Counted from the first letter of the stretch, positions 15,582 to 30,247 are shown. The stretch: DNA of 64,000 nucleotides from Eledone cirrhosa (GCA_964016885.1 OZ024747.1:63054001-63118000), one strand, 5' to 3'. Numbers and translations: made by a program. The notes: generated by a model from the sequence alone, not told the origin.

Positions 15582-15800
15582 GAAGGCGTGTGGCTGAGTG
15601 GTTAGAGAATTGGATTCGCAATCGTAAGGTTGTGAGTTCGATTCCTGGACCAGGCGATGCGTTATGTCCTTGAGCAAGACACTTTATTTCCCGTTGCTCC
15701 TTCTACCTGGAGTTGCGACCGATAGATAGTATTAGCAATTGGAAAGACCAACGGAAACATTGTTCCCTCGGTCCGATTTGACGAAAGTCGATCGTTCCTA
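15582..15800 (+). mobile_element. CORE-type SINE with alternative tail (family H)
   Basis: tRNA head and ccttgagcaagacact core, then tail ctacctggagttgcg..ggaaagaccaa; siblings at 29581-29790 (+) and ~27290-27490 (-). Confidence 0.8.
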
Positions 15801-15802
15801 TT

Positions 15803-15988
15803 ATGTATATATATATATATATGTAGATATATATATGTATATGTATATATATATGTATATATATATGTATATGTATATATATATATGTTTATGTATATAT
15901 ATATATATATATATGTATATGTATATATATATATGTTTATGTATATATATATATATGTATATATATGTTTATGTATATATATATGTAT

Positions 15989-16020
<32 letters not shown>

Positions 16021-16047
16021 GTATATATGTATATGTATATATATATG

Positions 16048-16080
<33 letters not shown>

Positions 16081-16421
16081 GTATATATATATGTATATAT
16101 ATATATATATATGTATATGTATATATATATGTATATATATGTATATATATATGTATATGTATATATATATATGTATATGTATATATATATATGTATATGT
16201 ATATATATATGTATATATATATATGTATATATATATATATGTATATATATATGTATATATATATATATGTATATGTATATATATATGTATATATATGTAT
16301 ATATATATATGTGTATATGTATATATGTATATATATATGTATATATATATATGTATATATATATGTATATATATATATGTATATATATATGTATATATAT
16401 ATATGTATATGTATATATATG

Positions 16422-16484
<63 letters not shown>

Positions 16485-16583
16485 GTATATGTATATATAT
16501 GTATATGTATATATATGTATATGTATATATGTATATATATGTATATATATATATATGTATATGTATATATGTATATATATATG

Positions 16584-16615
<32 letters not shown>

Positions 16616-16675
16616 TATGTATATGTATATATATATATGTATATGTATATATAAATATGTATATGTATATATATG

Positions 16676-16706
<31 letters not shown>

Positions 16707-16746
16707 ACATATACATATATATACATATACATATATATACATATAC

Positions 16747-16778
<32 letters not shown>

Positions 16779-16930
16779 ATATATACATATATATATGTAA
16801 TAAATATATATATACATATATATATATACATATACATATATATATATACATATATATATACATATATATATATACATATATATATACATATATATATATA
16901 CATATATATATACATATATATATATATACA
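15803..16930. repeat. (TA)n compound microsatellite, G-interrupted then C-interrupted
   Basis: TATG units to ~16680, TACA units from ~16690. Confidence 0.95.
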
Positions 16931-18045
16931 CAGCTAACAGAGTAAGCAGATGTTAAAACAACAATGATGATGATGAAATTCGAAAAACTTTTTGAAACCT
17001 AACATAATGGAAACTGATTATGTAATGGAATTGTGAAACAAAAACTATACTCTTAACGACACTTAAAACATTTTAAACGTCAAAATATTAAAAGTTCATA
17101 AATATATTTCATACTCATGAGAATTTTGAAGCCACACCATTCAAACTCTATAATGTATCATATATTTTGAATTGAGGTGTAGTACATCCAGTAGATAAGT
17201 TACACCTCCATTTTATGTACTTTTAAAATGTACTATGTAATTTAAGATTTTGTAGATTCAAAATATATGGTGGTATTTCATGTATTTTCATGGAACACAG
17301 TACAACTTATTCATGAATACATACTCTACATATTAGTGGTATAAAAATATTGATGGGTTTGGAAAGCCATTGGAAAATGCAATTAGAATATGCCTTAGAA
17401 TATTAAATGAAATGGTATTGATGAGTATTGAGCAATGATCTATAGCAGACCTAACATACCTATGACCAAAGATATTAAATCTATGATAGTATGTGTATAT
17501 TGTGTCTGTGAGATATATATATGTCCATTGATATTTTTATGTGATTGCATATTCCTATGTATCTGCAATGTGATGATAAATATGTATTTCGACTATAAAC
17601 ATTATTTACAGCTATGTAATTTCAGTCAATTCATAAGAAGCTAACCAAAAATATATCACATTAAGTCTAATATGTTTTATGCTACTCTTTTCTAAAAGCT
17701 TTACTAAATGTTGAAGCTATCAGTTTTTATTCAAGTTGTGTAGTATATCTATACCACACATGAATTGGAAAAACCATTGATTTTGTTTTGAGCTGTTTAG
17801 CTTTGCTATTGTGTTACATTCCAGTCCTTTTCATTTCATCATTGCTATTTCATTTCCCTATATTGAATATTCATAGCAAGATTTTCCTAACCTTTTTGTC
17901 ATCTTTTCCCCTAGAAATTACCAAAGAAACTTATGGAACTTTCATAAATGCAACATCACAAATAATTCCAAGCATTGATTTGTTTAGCTCATAGTTTGAT
18001 CCTTACAATCTGAATGACTCATAAAAAATTGATTAGAAGTTACCA

Positions 18046-18141
<96 letters not shown>

Positions 18142-18171
18142 GTGTATATATATACACATATATATACACAC

Positions 18172-18202
<31 letters not shown>

Positions 18203-18297
18203 TATGTATATATATACATATATATATATGTGTATATATATACACACACATATATATATACATATATATATATATATACACACACACGCATATATAT

Positions 18298-18546
18298 CAT
18301 CATCATTTTACGTCGACTTCACAGTGTGGGCTGGGTGCTTTTTTTCCGTGGCACCTCCACGACCACTTTGCAGTGTAATGATAGGGACCCCAGTCCCTAT
18401 CATCTCATTTATACAGCTGAGTAAACTGGAGCAATGTGAAATAAAGTGTCTTGCTCAAGGAAACAACACATCACCCGGTCTGAGAATTGAACTCACAACC
18501 TTTCGATTGCAAGGCCAATGCTCTATGCACTAAACCATGAGCCTCC
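18298..18546 (-). mobile_element. SINE family A with internal deletion near the tail
   Basis: Head and core intact, the ggaagggcatcc segment is missing; embedded in TA/TACA arrays. Confidence 0.85.
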
Positions 18547-18654
18547 ATATATATATATATACACACACATATATACATATATATATATTTATATATACAT
18601 ATACACACACACACATATATATTTTTACACACACATATATGTATATACACACAC

Positions 18655-18687
<33 letters not shown>

Positions 18688-18790
18688 CATATACACACAT
18701 ATATATATATACACACACATATATACATATATATATATACATATACATACACATATATATATACATATACACACACACATATATATATAC

Positions 18791-18888
<98 letters not shown>

Positions 18889-18940
18889 AAACATATATAT
18901 ATATATATACATACACACACACACATATATATACATACAT

Positions 18941-18976
<36 letters not shown>

Positions 18977-19001
18977 GCATGTGTGTGTGTGGTAGCCATA
19001 C

Positions 19002-19245
19002 AAATCTTTCATTTCTGGCAAATCTTCAAAGTCATATTGTCTTCATGCTTTGAAATACTTTGGTATAATAAAAAAATTGATTTCACATTGATGGCCACTA
19101 CTGTCAATGTTAAATAATAAATTATTTAATATATAACCCTGTGTTGGTTAGAGAGTCCAAAGGAATCATTTAAGAGAAATCATTTGATCCTATTGCTGTG
19201 AAATAATAATCTATTTTTCTTTATTTCTTTCCATTCTAATACAAT
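19002..19245 (-). pseudogene. Relic exon (244 nt)
   Basis: Acceptor ctattttgcAG, donor |GTATGG; phase-0 frame IVLEWKEIKKNRLL.. with 3 stops. Confidence 0.45.
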
Positions 19246-19365
19246 CTGCAAAATAGCTATACTAGAAAAAGATTAATATTACTCGAAAAAAAAATGAAAA
19301 AAAAAAAATGATTTTATAAATAATTTGAAAAAAAAAAAAATTAGCTTTTGGAAATAGTTATTTGC

Positions 19366-19419
<54 letters not shown>

Positions 19420-20433
19420 TTCACACTCACTTTCCATGCTTGGAGATCCAAAACTCTATTAAGTGAGGGTTGGTGTTGAGAATGTCATCTAGCCATTAGA
19501 TTCTGCCTCAAAGAGAGTTGTACAATTGATGCCAGCATGGAAAAGTGTTTTAATGGATTGGACTATTTAATCATGTTAAGCCTATGACAATCTGCTAGTG
19601 CTGTGATTAAATACACTCAATGCACTCTATAAGAATGTTGATGTTAAGAAGGATATCCAGCTGTAGAAATGACTCCTCCAACCCATACCAGTATGGAATT
19701 AGGGGCATAAAATGATGATGATGATTGAGATATATATGAAGGACTTGTCAAATTTCACTCATAAGGCATTGGATAGCCTGTTAGTATAGTAAAAGACATT
19801 TACTTGAACTGTCAAGCAGTACATTTAATCTGAATCTACCTGGCTGCAAAGCAAAATTATTAACCACACAACTGTGACTGCAAAGTGGCCGCTACCCCCC
19901 CCCCCCCCCCCGGGACATTGAAAGGGACCAATGGGGGTTCAGCAGCCTAAGTCGGTGGTAGAGATGATATAATAGTATATTAAATATCAAAGGATACATA
20001 TTATATATAAATATAGTAAAATAAAAAATATATAATATTTATTCATACATAGTATATTATTTATTATATATAAATTAGCGATTTTATTTATTATATTTTA
20101 TTTACAATTTGCGTGTTGGCAGGTCTCTCTGGAAATAGGGTTGTGTGCGCTGAGGATATTAGGTGGCCCAAAAAATTTGAGAACTTTTGATCTAGCGCAT
20201 TTGTTGATAAAGTGGCCCAACCCTTGTAAATAGTTGTCTCTTTGAATGTTAGGTTTAACAAGCAAATAGACCTGCCTGGCCTATCTAATGCTGACATTGT
20301 TTTCCTAACAATAGGGATATTTTCGTTTTAAGTTATACCACATTATGGGATATTTGACACTAGTACATCCTATAGTCTAAATGGGAATAATTAATTTCTA
20401 GTATAAATCATAAGTCCTGTGTATATATGTATT

Positions 20434-20765
20434 TCTTCTTCATCTTCGTCTTCTTCTTCTTGGATGTTATCCAACCATCTTTCTTGGAGTCTACCCCTGG
20501 GTCTCCTGCTAGTTAGTTTTGCCCCTAAAATCTATCCAGCAATTCTTTCCTGAGACATTCTAACCACATGCCAATAGTATCTGAGCTGTGATCTCTCAAT
20601 TTGAAGAAGTAGTGACTCTAACTGGAGTGACTCTCTGAGTTCTATTGAGTAATGTTACTCCAAAGACCCTTTGGAGGAACCCTATTTTGGCCTCTTGTAT
20701 TTTTCATCTTATTCTTTTCAGTCATTACCCAAGACCCATGACCATAGGTAAGGTTTGACACAAAT
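20434..20765 (-). mobile_element. RTE LINE 3' fragment
   Basis: LTYGHGSWVMTEK..IERSQLRYYWHVVRM..RPRGR..RWLDNI with a (GAA)n end. Confidence 0.8.
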
Positions 20766-20811
20766 ATATACATATGACCTTGAAGGTCATATGTATATAT
20801 CTGGGTATTAC

Positions 20812-21014
20812 ATGAATGCATGTCAATTTTTCCAGTAGATGCTCATTTTTGTGTATATGCATATCCACTTTTCTGATTTAAAAATGTTTAATCATCTCAT
20901 TGAACTAAAGTAATATTGATTACATCAGGAAAATGAATTTATTGACATAAAATGTATATACATTTATGACGTCTGAAGTCATGAACTGCTGATTTAAATA
21001 CTTAAAAAGTTCCA
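20812..21014 (-). pseudogene. Relic exon (203 nt)
   Basis: Acceptor tttttatatttcAG, donor |GTAATA; frame ELFKYLNQQFMTSDV..HKNEHLLEKLTCIH with 3 stops, phase 1 in and phase 0 out. Confidence 0.5.
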
Positions 21015-21226
21015 CTGAAATATAAAAATATAATTTATTGATCAAATATAATTATTAGATTTAGTTTCAAAGGATATGCATTCTAATTTCACTTTTTTAA
21101 AATTTCACAAGTTTAGTTCTCTTTACACATGTATGATTATTTAAATATATGTTTAAAAGCTTTTTACTCAACTTGATATATATTAGTGTAACGTAGTGAA
21201 TTGGTAGAGTTATTAGAATGTTATTA

Positions 21227-21445
21227 GGGCGGTAGAGTGGCAGAATCAGTAGAGCGTCGGACAACGTTTAGTGGCATAGAGTTATGGCCCTTTACGTTCT
21301 AAGTTCAAATCCTGTTGAGGTTAGCTTTGTCTTTCATCCTTACAGGGTTGATAAAATAAAGTACCAGTAATGCACTGGGGTTGATTTAATCGGCTTTCTC
21401 TTTCTCCCAAAATTGTTGCTCTTGTGCCTAATTCAAAAACTGTTA
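21227..21445 (+). mobile_element. SINE family B, long-tail variant
   Basis: Flanked by direct repeat gttattagaatgt; the same variant occurs at 23757-23981 (-), 50889-51100 and 63166-63369. Confidence 0.8.
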
Positions 21446-21715
21446 TTAGAATGTCAGATAGAATGTCCAACCCATGCTAGCGTGGAAGATGGATGTTAAA
21501 TGATGATGATGATGATGACGATGAATGATTTGCAGTTTTCATTCTGGTTTAATTCTTGCTGAGGTTAATGTTACCTTCGATCTTTTCTGGGGTCAATAAA
21601 TTACTAGTCTCATACCAGAGTCGATAATTCTTCTTCTGCTCTACCTCTTACTTTCTCTTTCAAAGAAATCATCTATGTTCAAACCTGGAGATGGACAACC
21701 CCTTTCGATTTATAA

Positions 21716-22380
21716 TGCCTAAGACTTTCTGTAAGTTATGAAGATATCCTTACAACCCCAGTAGGAGGTTAGGAACCAAAGATGTGTTAATTCTGATTTA
21801 ACCAAAGAAGGTGATACTAAGATATTTTGTGTTAGTTCTGTATGTTATGAAGTTACCCCTTAAAACCCCAGTAGGATTTCAGGAACCAAAGAAAGTGATA
21901 TTAACATGTGTGTGTTAGTTCTATTTTTGCCAATGAAGGTGATACTAACAGGTATATGTTTATATGTTAGTTCTGTATGTTATGAAGTTACCCCTTACAA
22001 CTCCAGTAGTTCAGGAACCAAAGGGCGTGATACTAACATGTGTGTGTTAGTTTTGATTTAACTCATTACATTGTATTTTCACTGTAAAGGCTTTATCCCA
22101 CACACTGTCGAATCTATGAGATTTTGATATTATTTATTTTAAAAACAATACCTTAACATCAGTATGAGTGGTCAGTTACAGCTGGTTTGAACTGAAGGAG
22201 GTGAGAGAATTCTGGCTGGATACAGCCAGTCTAAATGCTAAAAGGGTTAATTAATGAAGGTGATACTAACATGTATGTGTTAGTTCTGTATGTTATGAAG
22301 ATACCCTTACAACTCCAGTAGGATTTCAGGAACCAAAAGAGATGATACTAACATGCAATGTGTTAGTTCTGATTTATCCA
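21716..22380. repeat. Degenerate tandem array interrupted by a family C MITE
   Basis: Recurring gtgatactaac..gttagttctg..tatgaag..ccagtagg..caggaaccaaa. Confidence 0.8.
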
Positions 22381-24016
22381 TGTGTATGTCTCCATGTAGA
22401 TATAGAAACTTTGCTATTTAGAATCAATGCAAACTTATTATTACTTCAGTAAAAATGTAAATTTTGGTATATTTTCTAACAATGATTGCTAGAAGGCTAA
22501 ACTTTTGTGTTCTCATCAATAGTTTTTGACAACACAGCAGTATTTCCTTTCATAAAAATGATGCATTCTTCTAGAAAAAGAATTGAATTTCAATAATTAT
22601 GATAGTTTGGATTTTATTTTTTTTTTTACATACAAATATATTTATTAAGATCTGTGTTATTTTAAGATTTTGTGATCTTTTTTCTACTAAGTTTGGCTTA
22701 CTTTTTTATATTAAATAAAATATGGTTACTAAATATGCCAATAAAACTATTGTCCATATATTATCATCATCATCATCATTGGTTTAACATTTGTTATTCC
22801 AAGCTCACATGGGTTAGAGACACTCAAAATCATGAGATTTAGCCTCACCACTTTCACATCATTTTCAGTTAGGTATTCTTTTTAATGATCACATGTTGCT
22901 TCTTCCAATTGAACTCATAGTGATATATTCCAGATAATAGTTAGGAATCAGCAGTTGAACAAATTGTCTTATGGCATGTTTTCAAATTTCTCCATTCTAT
23001 GAGTTCAAATCCCATCAAGGTCAATTTTGCCTTCATCTTATCATCATCATCACTGTTCATTTTCCCACACTAGCATGGGTTAGATGAGTTGTCCTCGGGT
23101 GACCATGTTTTGCTCATACAGAACTGATTTTGGCTTGGTTTCTACAGTTGGATGCCCTTCCTAATGCCGACCTCATTTACAGTGAGTACTGGGTGCTTTT
23201 GTTGTGACACCCACATGACCACTTTACAGTGTGAGCTGGGTGCTTTTCCTCATGATACCTATGCAACAACTTTACAGTGTGGGCTGCATGCTTTTTGTCA
23301 TGACACTTACCACTTTACAGTGAGTACTGAGTACTTTTTGTTGCTCACATGACCACTTTACAGTGTGGGATGGGTGCTTTTTGTCGTGCCACCATCACAA
23401 CCACTTTACAGTGTGGGCTGGAGGCTTCACTGGATGTATACTTCAGCCTGTCCGCATGCCAGATGTATGGGAGTGAGTGGTGTGGGGTTGTGCATACTAT
23501 ATATGCTTCAGCTAAAATAAAGTAATAACCCAAAATTAATAGCTGTTAAGTGGGTATGAATGGAAAATCAATATTGATTGCTCGCCCTAAAAAGTACTGC
23601 ATGCATGTATGTTGGTGTCAGGAAGTGCATCCAGCTGTACAAACCATACCAAAGATAGGAATGTACAAATGAGATGTTGTGCTTAATACATCTAGAATGA
23701 CAGTAGCTCTGATTATCATTTGACTTGGACTCTAGCAGTCTGTCCAACACATCAATATTGATTTCTGATTTAGGCACAAGGCCAATAATTTTGGGGGAGA
23801 GGAGTTCAGGAACCAAAGAATCAATCCCAATGCATTACTGGTGCTTTATTTTATGGACTCCATAATGATGAAAGGCAAAACCAGTCTAGGTGGGATTTAA
23901 ACTTAGAACGTAAAGGGACGTAACTCTATACCGTGAAGCATGGCGTCTGATGCTCTATCGATACTGTCAATCCACTCCCCTTACACATACCAGTATTGAA
24001 AAATGGATATAAAAGA

Positions 24017-24283
24017 TGATGATCATCATCATGACAAAGATGATGATGATGATGATGATGACGATTATGATGGTCATGAAGATGATGATGGTAAGAATGA
24101 TTTAGTGGTAATGTTGATTATAATGATGGTGGGGATTACAATGATGATGATGATGTTGGGGATGGGGAGGCTGATAGTAGTGGCAATGTTGATGATTATA
24201 ATGATGGTGGTGATGATGATGAGGGGGATGATGATGGTAGTGACAATGTTGATGATTATGATGTTGATGATGATGATGATGAA
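24017..24283. repeat. Degenerate (GAT)n
   Basis: Direct reading. Confidence 0.9.
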
Positions 24284-25586
24284 ACTCAGCTCAAGAAACA
24301 CAGAAGAAAAGAAAATTTGGATAGCTGCAGTGCAGTGCACTAAACTATTCTGGGTTTTAAGTAAGCTAAACTTTCAGTTTATATGACTAACAAAATAACA
24401 TGATTAACACAGAGCAATATATGGAATGGGTTACTATTAAATGTGATACTTCATCTATGTTGAGTTGCTTAAAACTAACAATAATGAACAGGCTTTTAAA
24501 TTCTAAAGAGCAGAAATTTATTATTAATGAAGTTAGTGGAGTGGGTCATAGAATGTAAATTGCTAAATGGAATTATGATGGAAGCTAATTAGTTTTCCAT
24601 GAATAATAAGTGAAGTCTTGTGTTGTTAGTAGTTAGTAGTGGAGATACTATGTATTCACTAAGTTTGGTCAGTTATGGGAGGCCTGAAAATATTTCATCC
24701 CTTGCCTAATACAATAACAATCAACTCTCTAACTTAGTGGTAATTGGGTTGTCCTCAACATGGGATACCTCTTACCCTTTCTTACTACAATGTGAAATAA
24801 AGGCAAAACTAGACAGAATACTGAACCTACCAGAAGAGTGGATGAAGGAACATGGTGTGGGGACCCGTCCAATCCATGACAGCATGGAAAAATTGACTAG
24901 GATACATAATGGGATACTGTTCACATTTTGGATGATGTTGCTGCTACACACACAATCCCTAGACAGCATCCATTGTCTTTCCATTGGACAACATCAGTGG
25001 CATGGAGAGAGGAGTCATGGGTGATTGCTGGTCTTCCACAAACAACCTTGCCCAGACTTGTGCCTCGGAGGGGAACTTTCTAGGTGCAAATTCCATGGTC
25101 ATTTGGGACCAAAGGGTATCTTTACCCCTAGCCTTACTTAGCATGTATTCATTCAGGTTTTTGTTTTAGAAATAATTCAATACAGTGAATAGAAAGAGTT
25201 GTTAATGGTTTGAAAAATATGCTTCATATTTATTATGACTGTCTTCTTTCTTCAAATTCCATGGAGATCACTTTTGCCTTTTATCATTCTGTGGCCATGA
25301 ATCTAAATTAATAGTCCAGGGGGATAGTTGCTGGGCAGAATTATCAAGATATCAGGCAAGATATTTTGGTGTATCTATTCCAGTTCTGTACATTCTGAGT
25401 TCTAATCCCACCTCTTGTCAGGTGTGGCAAAGTTAAAATCTGCCTAGTGATGCTACCAATAAAAAGTATCGGCAAAAAAAAAAAAAAAAAAAAATGGCTG
25501 ATAGAAATATAGTTTACTTGACCCAATCTGAAAAATTGTCTTCTTTTTTTTCACTCTGAATTTAAATATAAAATGTGATGCTTTAT

Positions 25587-25795
25587 CCCTTTAGCATTTA
25601 CATTACTCTATATTTACTATTATTTTTTTACGGTAAACACATTATTTCACATAACTATCTCACATAATAACAAATCTTCGAGATTTTGATATTATTCATT
25701 TTGAGAACAATACCTTAACATAAGTATGAGCAGCTGGTTTGAAAAGAAAGAGGTGAGAGAATTCTGGCTGGATATGGCTGGTTTAAACTAAAGGG
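25587..25795 (+). mobile_element. MITE family C
   Basis: Same TIRs and body; flanked by TTAT on both sides. Confidence 0.85.
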
Positions 25796-27869
25796 TTATA
25801 CTAGATACTGATTTTATACAGGCATTGTAACTGAATAGGAAAAACTATGGGTTAATACATTTACTAGGCACATTAAGAGATTTACTGGGTATTCAACTAT
25901 AGATTAATCTTGATCCTAGAATTCAAAGAAATATTACAGTTTTAGATATTAATCAAGAAATGGGTATTGAGATTAAAGGTTAAACAAAAAAGAAAAACAA
26001 TTAAAGGTGGGATGTTTGTCATAATTCCTTTGAATCTTTTTCACTAAATGACATTTAATGTAATAAATAATATTTTGAACCTATTTTAGCTGTGATCAAT
26101 AAATTATATGTTATGATAAAATCTGATAAAAAATAAATCTTTTGAAACGAGGACATAAAGTATTGTTTTTGACAAGAGCATCATGACACATTTCAGTGAA
26201 TATTTTGCTGATCAAGAAAACAATTGATTTTAACTATGATTTGTAGCTTTGTGTCGTTCTTTTGTATTGTGGAAACCACTGATAATTGATTGTATTTATT
26301 GACACTCATATTGCACATGAAAGAATTATCATCATCATCATCACTTTTACATCTGTTTCTCTGTTTGCATAGGTTAGAAGAGTCTTCTCCAGCACAACAA
26401 CTTTCCATTTGTCTCATCCCTTTGTCATTTCCTCTGTAAGCCTGAGATATGCTTTCCCCATCTCTCTCATATTTTGTCTGCCTACTTCTACCCTTGTCAA
26501 CTCATTTGTGAGATTTAGTGTCCTCAGATCAGTTTTCCATGCTTGCATAAATTAGATGAGTCCACTCCAGCACATCGTCCCTTCAAATGTTTATTTCTTG
26601 TTACATCTCCATTGTGTATTTCAGCATCCTGCGATAATCATTCATCATTTCTGCCTACATCATCCTCAGCCTATCTTTACCACATCTTCCTCCCATTTGG
26701 ATGGAATTCCAGGTATTTCCTCATCCCAAAATTATAATCCATACACATTATATGTTCATACCAGTGCAGTCTTCTCTTTTGCACATTATATGTCCATACC
26801 TGTGCAGTCTTCTTTCTTGTACATTATATGTCCAAGCCACTGCAAGTTACTCTCTTGCACATTATATATCCATACCAGTTTTCTCTCTTACACATTACAC
26901 AGATTACTCTTATAACCAGTTTTATTCTCAGTTCGTCTGTGTTTTGTTAATATACACAATTGATTTGTTTCTTTCTAATGTTTACACATTCTATACATGC
27001 AATATTCATGTTTCACTACACATCTAAGTGAGTATAGTAAATACCCCCCCCCTCCATCAATTAGCATTTTCTAAAATTATTATAGAAGCCTTGGATGTTA
27101 GAGCATTGATATACATGCTATATACATGTTCTGAGTTCAAATCCTGCCAAAGACAACAGACAATAGTACCAGTCAATACTGGGGTTGAGTTAGTTGGCTA
27201 ATCCTTCTCCAAGTTGCTGACCGTGTGCCTAAATTAGAAACTATTATAAGTAGGGGGTACAATCAACAGGTTTTCAGATCTCATTTGCTTACCAAGTGGG
27301 GTGGAACTCGTGAAATCAGAGCAAGGAAACTATCTTTCCATTGGTCTTTCTATTGCTGATACTATCTACTGGTTGCAACACCTGACAGAAAGAGCAATGT
27401 GAAATAAAGTGTCTTGCTGAAGAACATAGTACATCTCCCAGCCCAGCAATCGAACATACAACTTCATGATTGTGAATCCAATTCTAAAAGTCTAAAAGAA
27501 TGAAAAGAAGGATGCTTTATATATGCTAATATTTGAAGTATTTGTGTAGAGAAAAAAGGTTACTTTGATAGACTTTATCTCTTGGCACTGGAGCCAGTAA
27601 TCTATATTAGCAACATAATATGTAAGATAATCATTTAAATTACTTAAAAGTGCAAAAGGTGAAGGTATCTGTAACAAATTAAAATCTGCTGAATCATACT
27701 CACACACATTATGTATGTTTGTATGTGTATGTATGTCTGTATGTCTGTATGTGTATGTATGTATGTGCCTGTGTGTGCATACATGCATGCATTGATTTCA
27801 TGCATGCATTGATTTCATGCATGTATGTATGTATGTAAGTAAGTGTGTGTATGTAAATGTGTGTGAGTA

Positions 27870-27946
<77 letters not shown>

Positions 27947-28827
27947 ATATGTAGGTAAGGAGAGGGGTGTGTATGTATATATGCAGGTAAGTTTTGTCAC
28001 AGCACCAGTATGGCCCCTATAAAGGGTGGACAGATTGCTTTTTGCAATGGCACCAACATGGTGACCTTGCAGAGTGGACTAGGTACTTTTCATTGTAACT
28101 GCAATATTACCACCATACAGCATGGACTTGGTGCTTTTTGTCATGGCAAACAATGTGCCATAGGGGTGATCATGAAGAGAGTGACTTGCACTTGGCTGTA
28201 TAGTGTGGGGAGTATTTAGCTATTCATGCGCACTAAACCCATGCTAGTGTGGAAGATAGATGTTAAACGATGATAATGATGGATTATACTGGAGAGGTGT
28301 ATCTAGGATTTGACAGGATGTAAGTGGGGTATGGCATCATCATTATTAAATGTCTATTTTTTTCCATGCTCACTTGGGCCAGCCAGGCTGTAATGCTCCG
28401 TAAGTTGGACAGCTGACTATACCTAGTTTATACATTCCATTTTGTTTTGTTATGGCCTCCATGTTCAGATGCCTTTCCCAACACCATCTGACCTTTTTAT
28501 CATGGTATGAGGTAGGGGCGTGTCTGGCTTTCCATGTTGGCATGAGTTCGATGTGGAAGATTAGTAGCAGATTATGAGGAAATGATTTCATGTAATCATT
28601 ATCACCATCACCATCATCATCACTGTCACCTTCTTCACCTCCTCCATCACCTTCTTTTTCATCTTCTTTCTTCTTTTTCTTCAGCAACAAGAACAAATTT
28701 CGATTATTTTTCAACTAATTTGCAAACTATAGAGTTTTTAGAACCCCCCCCCCCACACACACACACCACGATCAGATTTAAGCCATCCGCTTAATGCTTT
28801 TCTTTATTCTCTGTATTTCTTGTTTAA

Positions 28828-29053
28828 CCCTTTAGTTACCAACCCAGCCAAAACCAGCTCTGGTTCTATGAAATAAAATCAACTATTTTAAAGATTTCCA
28901 ATTTAAATTAAAACCTTCCAACATATATAAGAACCATACATTAATTTACTATCTTAGTACTAAAATAATTGCTAATTGTAGTAAAATCCCTCACAATTCT
29001 TCATTAATTAATGGAACTAGATGTATTTCATTAGAAATGTTGTCATGAAAGAG
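28828..29053 (+). mobile_element. Older piggyBac-type MITE, family D
   Basis: TTAA-CCCTTT..AAAGAG-TTAA; diverged relatives at ~6094-6316, 44640-44855, 52562-53013, 54775-55255, 59030-59250 and 61138-61340. Confidence 0.7.
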
Positions 29054-29166
29054 TTAAACATTTAAGCAGTTTTTGTTTTTATATGAAATATTTTATTACT
29101 AACATATATACAAAGACATAGATCAACATAGATATATCATCTATTTAAATGAAACATCTGACTTAC

Positions 29167-29438
29167 ACAAACATTTTCACTTATCTATTTTTACTGATTT
29201 TGTTACAATGTATGTTTGTGTGTAAATAACAAACCAACATCTATTGATTGATTAAGTAATTTGTTTTGTATTACTTAAAAATTTCCATTCTAAATCTTAA
29301 CTTAAAATCTTGGCTTGACAATAAAACATTCAATCAATAAAACTTCGCTTAAAATGTTTGATACACTTTAGAGATAAAGAACCAGCTAGGTGACAGTTTA
29401 ATATTTTAGAGTCTAGCAAGAATTCTGCATTATCTCTT
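29167..29438 (-). pseudogene. Relic exon (272 nt)
   Basis: Acceptor ttatctcatttAG, donor |GTAAGT; frame RDNAEFLLDSK..DLEWKFLSNTKQIT*SINRCW.. with 4 stops; exit phase 1 matches the next segment. Confidence 0.5.
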
Positions 29439-29580
29439 CTAAATGAGATAAATTTAGTTAATCTAAAAATGTTTAACCATTTCATTACCATATTTCTAAA
29501 GAAAGACACTGTTTATGATTTTCAATTAATTTTGAAAATAAGCAGGCTTTTTGAGAAATTAAGTAATATAACTATCTCTT

Positions 29581-29790
29581 TGAAGGCATGTGGCTTAGTG
29601 GTTAGAGAATTGGATTCACAATCGTGAGGTTGCGAGTTCAATTCTTGGACCAGGTGATGCATTATGTCCTTGAGTAAGACACTTTATTTTCCGATGTTTT
29701 TTCTACCTGGAGTTGCGATTGATATATAGTATCAGCAATGGAAAGACCAATGGAAACATTGTTTCCTTGGTTTGATTGGACCAGGTCCAC
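29581..29790 (+). mobile_element. CORE-type SINE family H, CpG-decayed copy
   Basis: Colinear with 15582-15800, with many CG>TG/CA changes. Confidence 0.8.
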
Positions 29791-30247
29791 TCCACTTGGC
29801 AAGCAAATGTGGTCTGGGATCTTATTGATTGATCAGAGCGATTATTAGGTAGCAGTTTTGAAAATAACATTGTAATGGCAGTGCCCCAGCATGGCCTCAG
29901 CCTCTCAGCTGGAACATGTCATAGTGTAATAGAATAAAATGTGGTGGTGGTAGTGGTGGCACAGTCATTGTCGTTGTCATTAATTCTGCTTTTTTTCTTT
30001 CCCTTTCTTTTATCACACTCTCTTCTGTTCACCATTCTAATCATGATGCCTTGAACAGATCGAAAGAGTATAGAGTAACAACACTTTAGTTTTTCATGGT
30101 TGAATGTAACATCACTGGTGCTGATGCCATGTTAAAATGCAGACAGTACACTCAGTAACATTTTACCAGTTGCACTCGAGAGTGACCTAAAGTGGTAGGC
30201 AACGTAAAGGAGAGAAAATAGTGTGAAGAGAAACCTTTAATCCTGCC

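Noticed and set aside
24737-25169. 95-aa and overlapping ORFs
   Set aside because: No recognisable domain or splice context; looks like an old interspersed repeat, single copy here
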